This document shows, piece after piece, positions 26,198-29,659 of a stretch of DNA of 29,659 nucleotides; position 1 is the stretch's first letter, and the number at the start of each line of letters is the position of its first letter. Location: the IMG/VR virus record IMGVR_UViG_640427134_000001, positions 1 through 29,659 of that record. The stretch is one strand, 5' to 3'. The position numbers and the translations under genes are program-made. This stretch comes from a virus. The notes beneath the pieces were generated by a model. That model was given only the letters and a program-made list of their open reading frames with translations. It was not told the origin of the DNA and searched no databases.

Positions 26198-27064
26198 CTA
26201 CCTCATTTGTTGTACCTCACCGCGCGGGCAGGTTCCCCAAACTGGAGGTACGATATTTTCATAGCCTTCCCAACCTTCGGGTCGAGTTGGGATTTTAAGC
26301 ACACACCACTCAGATAGATCTTGATTGAACTCACCGGCAAAGTTGAATGTGTTATTCATGTTTTCAACATTTGACACGTTCCAACCGCTGATATCTTGGT
26401 TAAAAGAACTTGCCTGCGTAAACATGCTTTTCATGTTGGTTACGTTTGATACGTCCCAGCCGCTAATATCTGTATTGAAGGTATTAGCAATAGCAAACAT
26501 GCTGTCCATATTAATTGCTGAGCTTGTTTTCCAGTTTTCAATACCTACAATATCTTGGGTTTGAGCATAGAAAAACGTTTTCTCAAAGTTAGTTACGTTT
26601 GATACATCCCAGTGAGATAGGTTTTGACCAATATAAGTCGATTTGTACTCTTCTTCATTGAAAAAAGCGGAGCTTAAATCAGTTACATTTGACGTGGCCG
26701 CAATATAAATATTATCTACTGCGTCCTCTTTAGTGTAAACGCTCAAATACGCTGTTGGATCGCCGTCCGAGAATACATGAGTCTCACCCTCTGGTACGCC
26801 AAAGTTATAGACAATACCGGTATCAGTGGCTTTATACCAACCATGACCGGGATAGTCTTTATCTAGGCCTACGTCGTTCATAGCGGGCGGCTCAACCTCA
26901 ACGTCTGGCATGTTCATAAGGATTTCGACCTTATCTTCCAAGCCTCTTAAATTGGCTTTGATTTGATCAAGTTGGCCAAATACTTCCTTCATACCCTGAC
27001 CAAAAATACCCGCCAAACCCTCTGTAAATTTCACCATTTCATCATGTGATACTAATTTTTTCAT
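26198..27064 (-). CDS. DUF285 / BspA-type (PARCEL) repeat protein with N-terminal coiled coil
   Basis: Roughly 25-aa repeats LSHWDVSNVTNFEKTF, ISGWDVSNVTNMKSMF, ISGWNVSNVENMNNTF; GGAGG RBS. Confidence 0.88.
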   Translation of the reverse strand: MKKLVSHDEMVKFTEGLAGIFGQGMKEVFGQLDQIKANLRGLEDKVEILMNMPDVEVEPPAMNDVGLDKDYPGHGWYKATDTGIVYNFGVPEGETHVFSDGDPTAYLSVYTKEDAVDNIYIAATSNVTDLSSAFFNEEEYKSTYIGQNLSHWDVSNVTNFEKTFFYAQTQDIVGIENWKTSSAINMDSMFAIANTFNTDISGWDVSNVTNMKSMFTQASSFNQDISGWNVSNVENMNNTFNFAGEFNQDLSEWCVLKIPTRPEGWEGYENIVPPVWGTCPRGEVQQMR

Positions 27065-27073
27065 GTTGACCTC

Positions 27074-29659
27074 CTATACATGTGACCCATCTTCAACTTC
27101 AGGGCTCATTGCTTCTTCAAATGCCTGCATAAACACTTCAAAGTAACCTTCGCCAAACTCTAAATCCTCTTCTGCTAAAGCGGCAATATTGCTGCGGGCC
27201 TGCTTCTGCTGCTCTGCATCAAAAGATTGAGCCTGTGTAGCACTTACGATACCGTTATCGGCTTGAGATAACGCGGTAATCTTGTCTGCTAATTCCTTTA
27301 AGGTGTCCGAATCAGCATCGGCGCCGTTGATCAAGTCAGCAATAGCCTGCGTTAATTCATTTTTGGTGGCGTATGGTGCTACTAGGCCAGGCAATGATGA
27401 AACAAGGGCATATTCGTCGCCTTCTGGTGCTTTTTCAGCCTTAGCTTCTAAGTCTTTTTTAGTTGCCAATGGCTTAATAGCAGTCGCAATACCGTCTAAC
27501 AGGCCTTCTTTTTGTGCTTCAAGCTCGCTAGTTGAAACTGCATCAATATTGCTACGTGCTTGTGCTTTTTGCTCTACCGTAAAGCCCTGGGTAACTGTTA
27601 CGTTAACTAAGCCTTCATCTGTTTGAGCTAAAGCAGTGATTTTGTCTGCCAGCTCTTTTAAAGTGTCTGAATCAGCATCAGCACCATTGATAAGGTCTGT
27701 TACCGCTTTTGTTAACTCAACCTTGGTAGCAAATGGCGTTAAATCCACCTCTGGGATAGCGTCGATAGCTTCCTGGATTTTCTCACCGGTCTTAGCAAGT
27801 TCACCACGGATCTCATCATCTTCCGCTTTACGGGTTTGCTCTTCTGCACCAATAGCTTCTAACAGCTGGCTTGCATTAGCTTCGATAGAATCAGCCAATT
27901 CAGTTTTAGCTTGCGCAAGTTCGCTGCGTGTAGAATGAGTATTGCTAAGATTTTCTACTGCGCTGCTAAGCTCTGCCGTTGATACTGCATCAATGTTTTT
28001 ACGGGCAATTTCTTTTTCAGCTGCTTCAAAGCTTTGCTCGTTGGCTGCACTTACCAAGCCTTTATCAGCCTGGGCTAAAGCCGTGATCTTATCGGCCAGC
28101 TCTTTTAGCGTATCAGAATCGGCATCAGCGCCATTAATCAGGTCCATAATGGCCTGTGTTAGCTCGTCCTTAGTGGCGTAAGGTGCCAGGTCTGGAATAG
28201 CTGAAACAAGCGCATATTCCTCGCCTTCTGGGGCTTTATCAGCTTTAGTAGCAATCTGCTCATTGATAGCGGTTTCAGCGGCTTCACGGGCTGTTTTCTC
28301 AGCTTCAATGGCCGCTTGTAGTTGCTCGCCAGCTTCGGTTAGCTCGCCTCGGATAGCTGCATCTTCTGCATCAACAGCTTCTTTTAGCTCTTTATCAGCC
28401 TGGGTAAACTCACTGCGAATAACAGCGCCTTCTGCTAATCTTGCACCCTCTTCTGCACTAATGGCTTCTTGAATTTGCTGGCTAGACTGGGTAAGCTCGC
28501 TGCGAATCGCTGCGTCTTTCGCCTCAATGTCGTCTTTTAAGCCTTGGTCTGCTAAAGCAAGTTCGCTGCGAATAGCTGTATTTTCAGACTTACGCTCGGC
28601 CTGCTCTCTGCTAATAGCGGCTTCTAGGTCAGCGCCTTGATCCTGAATAGATTGACTTAATTCAGTTTTGGCCTGCGCAAGTTCAGTGCGATCAGCTTTA
28701 GTGCTATTGATTGTTGTTACTGACTGCTCAAAAGCCGCCTTCGATACTGCGTCGATATTTTTACGAGCAATTTCCTTGTTGGTTTCTTCAAACTCTTGAG
28801 CGCTGGTAGCACTAACTAGGCCCTTATCGGCTTGGGCTAGGGCTGTGATCTTATCGGCCAACTCTTTTAACGTATCAGAATCAACATCAGCGCCATTGAT
28901 TAAGTCAGTGATCGCTTTGGTTAGCTCGTTTTTAGTAGCATACTCATTACGAATAGCTGCATCTTCCGCTTTACGAGCCGCGCTTTCTGCACTGATAGTA
29001 CTTTGTAGCAGCTGGTTAACACCTGCCAGCTCGCCGCGAATGGCCACGCCTTCCGCTTTACGTGCGCTCTCTTCTGCAACAACCGAGGCTTGTAGTTTTT
29101 GGTCTGTGTTAGCCAATTCACCACGAATGGCTTCGCCTTGCGCCTTGCGTGCATTTTCTTCTGCTGTAACGGCCGCTTGTACCTGGCTATCAGCTTGTTT
29201 GAAATCTGCACGAACAGCTGCTTCTCTAGTGTTGATTGTGCTTCTAAGCTCTTCTCTAAGCTTTTGGTCAGCAATAGCAAACTCGCTTCGAATAGCAGCA
29301 TCTTCTACCTTACGGATAATCTCTTCTGCTTCAATGCCACTTTGTAGCAGTTCATCGTACTTAGTAAACTCGCTACGCATAGCGGTTTCTTTAGTGTTGA
29401 TTAACGCTGTTAAAGCTTCTTTGTTCATGGTATCTGCATGAGCAAATGCTGTGCGAATTGCTGCATCGTCTGCTTTGCGATTGGCCGCTTCATCCTCAAT
29501 AGATGATCTAAGCTGGGCGCTCTTAGTGTTAATAGAGTCTGTTAGCTCTGTCTTGGCTAAGCTAAGCTCTTCACGGGTTGCTTTAACCTCATCAATTTCA
29601 GCTACCTCTTTTTCAAACGTGGCTTTAGCTACTGCATCAATGTTATTGCGTGCAATCTC
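27074..29659 (-). CDS. Long repetitive coiled-coil fibre-like protein, 5'-truncated by the window
   Basis: The frame stays open for 77 codons upstream of ATG 29428 to the window edge (EIARNNIDAV...). It carries repeated LINGAD.DSDTLKELADKI modules typical of phage fibres. Confidence 0.75.
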   Translation of the reverse strand, partial: EIARNNIDAVAKATFEKEVAEIDEVKATREELSLAKTELTDSINTKSAQLRSSIEDEAANRKADDAAIRTAFAHADTMNKEALTALINTKETAMRSEFTKYDELLQSGIEAEEIIRKVEDAAIRSEFAIADQKLREELRSTINTREAAVRADFKQADSQVQAAVTAEENARKAQGEAIRGELANTDQKLQASVVAEESARKAEGVAIRGELAGVNQLLQSTISAESAARKAEDAAIRNEYATKNELTKAITDLINGADVDSDTLKELADKITALAQADKGLVSATSAQEFEETNKEIARKNIDAVSKAAFEQSVTTINSTKADRTELAQAKTELSQSIQDQGADLEAAISREQAERKSENTAIRSELALADQGLKDDIEAKDAAIRSELTQSSQQIQEAISAEEGARLAEGAVIRSEFTQADKELKEAVDAEDAAIRGELTEAGEQLQAAIEAEKTAREAAETAINEQIATKADKAPEGEEYALVSAIPDLAPYATKDELTQAIMDLINGADADSDTLKELADKITALAQADKGLVSAANEQSFEAAEKEIARKNIDAVSTAELSSAVENLSNTHSTRSELAQAKTELADSIEANASQLLEAIGAEEQTRKAEDDEIRGELAKTGEKIQEAIDAIPEVDLTPFATKVELTKAVTDLINGADADSDTLKELADKITALAQTDEGLVNVTVTQGFTVEQKAQARSNIDAVSTSELEAQKEGLLDGIATAIKPLATKKDLEAKAEKAPEGDEYALVSSLPGLVAPYATKNELTQAIADLINGADADSDTLKELADKITALSQADNGIVSATQAQSFDAEQQKQARSNIAALAEEDLEFGEGYFEVFMQAFEEAMSPEVEDGSHV
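27173..28942 (-). repeat. Four dispersed 201-bp (67-aa) intragenic repeats: 27173-27373, 27533-27733, 27980-28180, 28742-28942
   Basis: Consensus (Y/F)ATK.ELT.A(I/V).DLINGAD.DSDTLKELADKITAL.Q.D.G.V....Q.F....K..AR.NI.A; the tail of a fifth copy lies at the window edge. Confidence 0.92.

Larger units (their letters stand above)
1..29659. mobile_element. Part of a P1-related myovirus prophage (integrase, cargo, lysis, Dar anti-restriction, tail/baseplate/portal); extends beyond the window
   Basis: Co-oriented minus-strand block of portal, sheath, tube, baseplate, spike, DarA/DdrB/Hdf and endolysin genes, with a tyrosine integrase at the left end. Boundaries are not visible. Confidence 0.85.

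Noticed and set aside
3718-26564. Numerous short ORFs nested in or antisense to long genes
   Set aside because: No recognisable motifs; fully overlapped by well-supported genes.
27173-28942. Repeats considered as a CRISPR array or DGR template/variable repeats
   Set aside because: They are 201-bp in-frame coding repeats with largely synonymous divergence, and no cas or reverse transcriptase gene is in the window.
27282-29441. Several + strand ORFs (up to 198 aa) with repeated motifs
   Set aside because: Antisense shadows of the repetitive Ala/Glu-rich fibre gene.

Overview
A mostly minus-strand virion, anti-restriction and lysis module of a P1-related (Punavirus-like) contractile-tailed phage, with a tyrosine integrase at the left end. 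The host is probably Moraxellaceae (Psychrobacter-like; inferred from composition and cargo genes). From right to left: a repetitive coiled-coil fibre protein (runs off the window), a DUF285/BspA repeat protein, tail sheath, gp21-like core protein, Hdf, baseplate genes, a host-type DsbD_2 moron on the + strand, tail tube, adaptor, hub, spike, portal, tube initiator, a stand-alone sheath N-terminal domain, DarA, DdrB, PmgG- and PmgB-like genes, two holin-like genes, a GH19 endolysin and an LPD1 zincin protein. An AT-rich cargo block (unannotated 51-aa gene, pliG, small membrane protein, EamA) follows, then the integrase. The main unannotated signal is a promoter architecture found five times: GGAACAC(C/G)CC-N24-(-10 hexamer)-N6-A. 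Each copy overlaps a hairpin that would mask the first gene's RBS in read-through RNA only. Other leads are a split tail-sheath gene and a likely programmed frameshift. Homology calls come from recognising motifs by eye, not from database searches. Major capsid, terminase, tape measure and att sites are not visible in this window.
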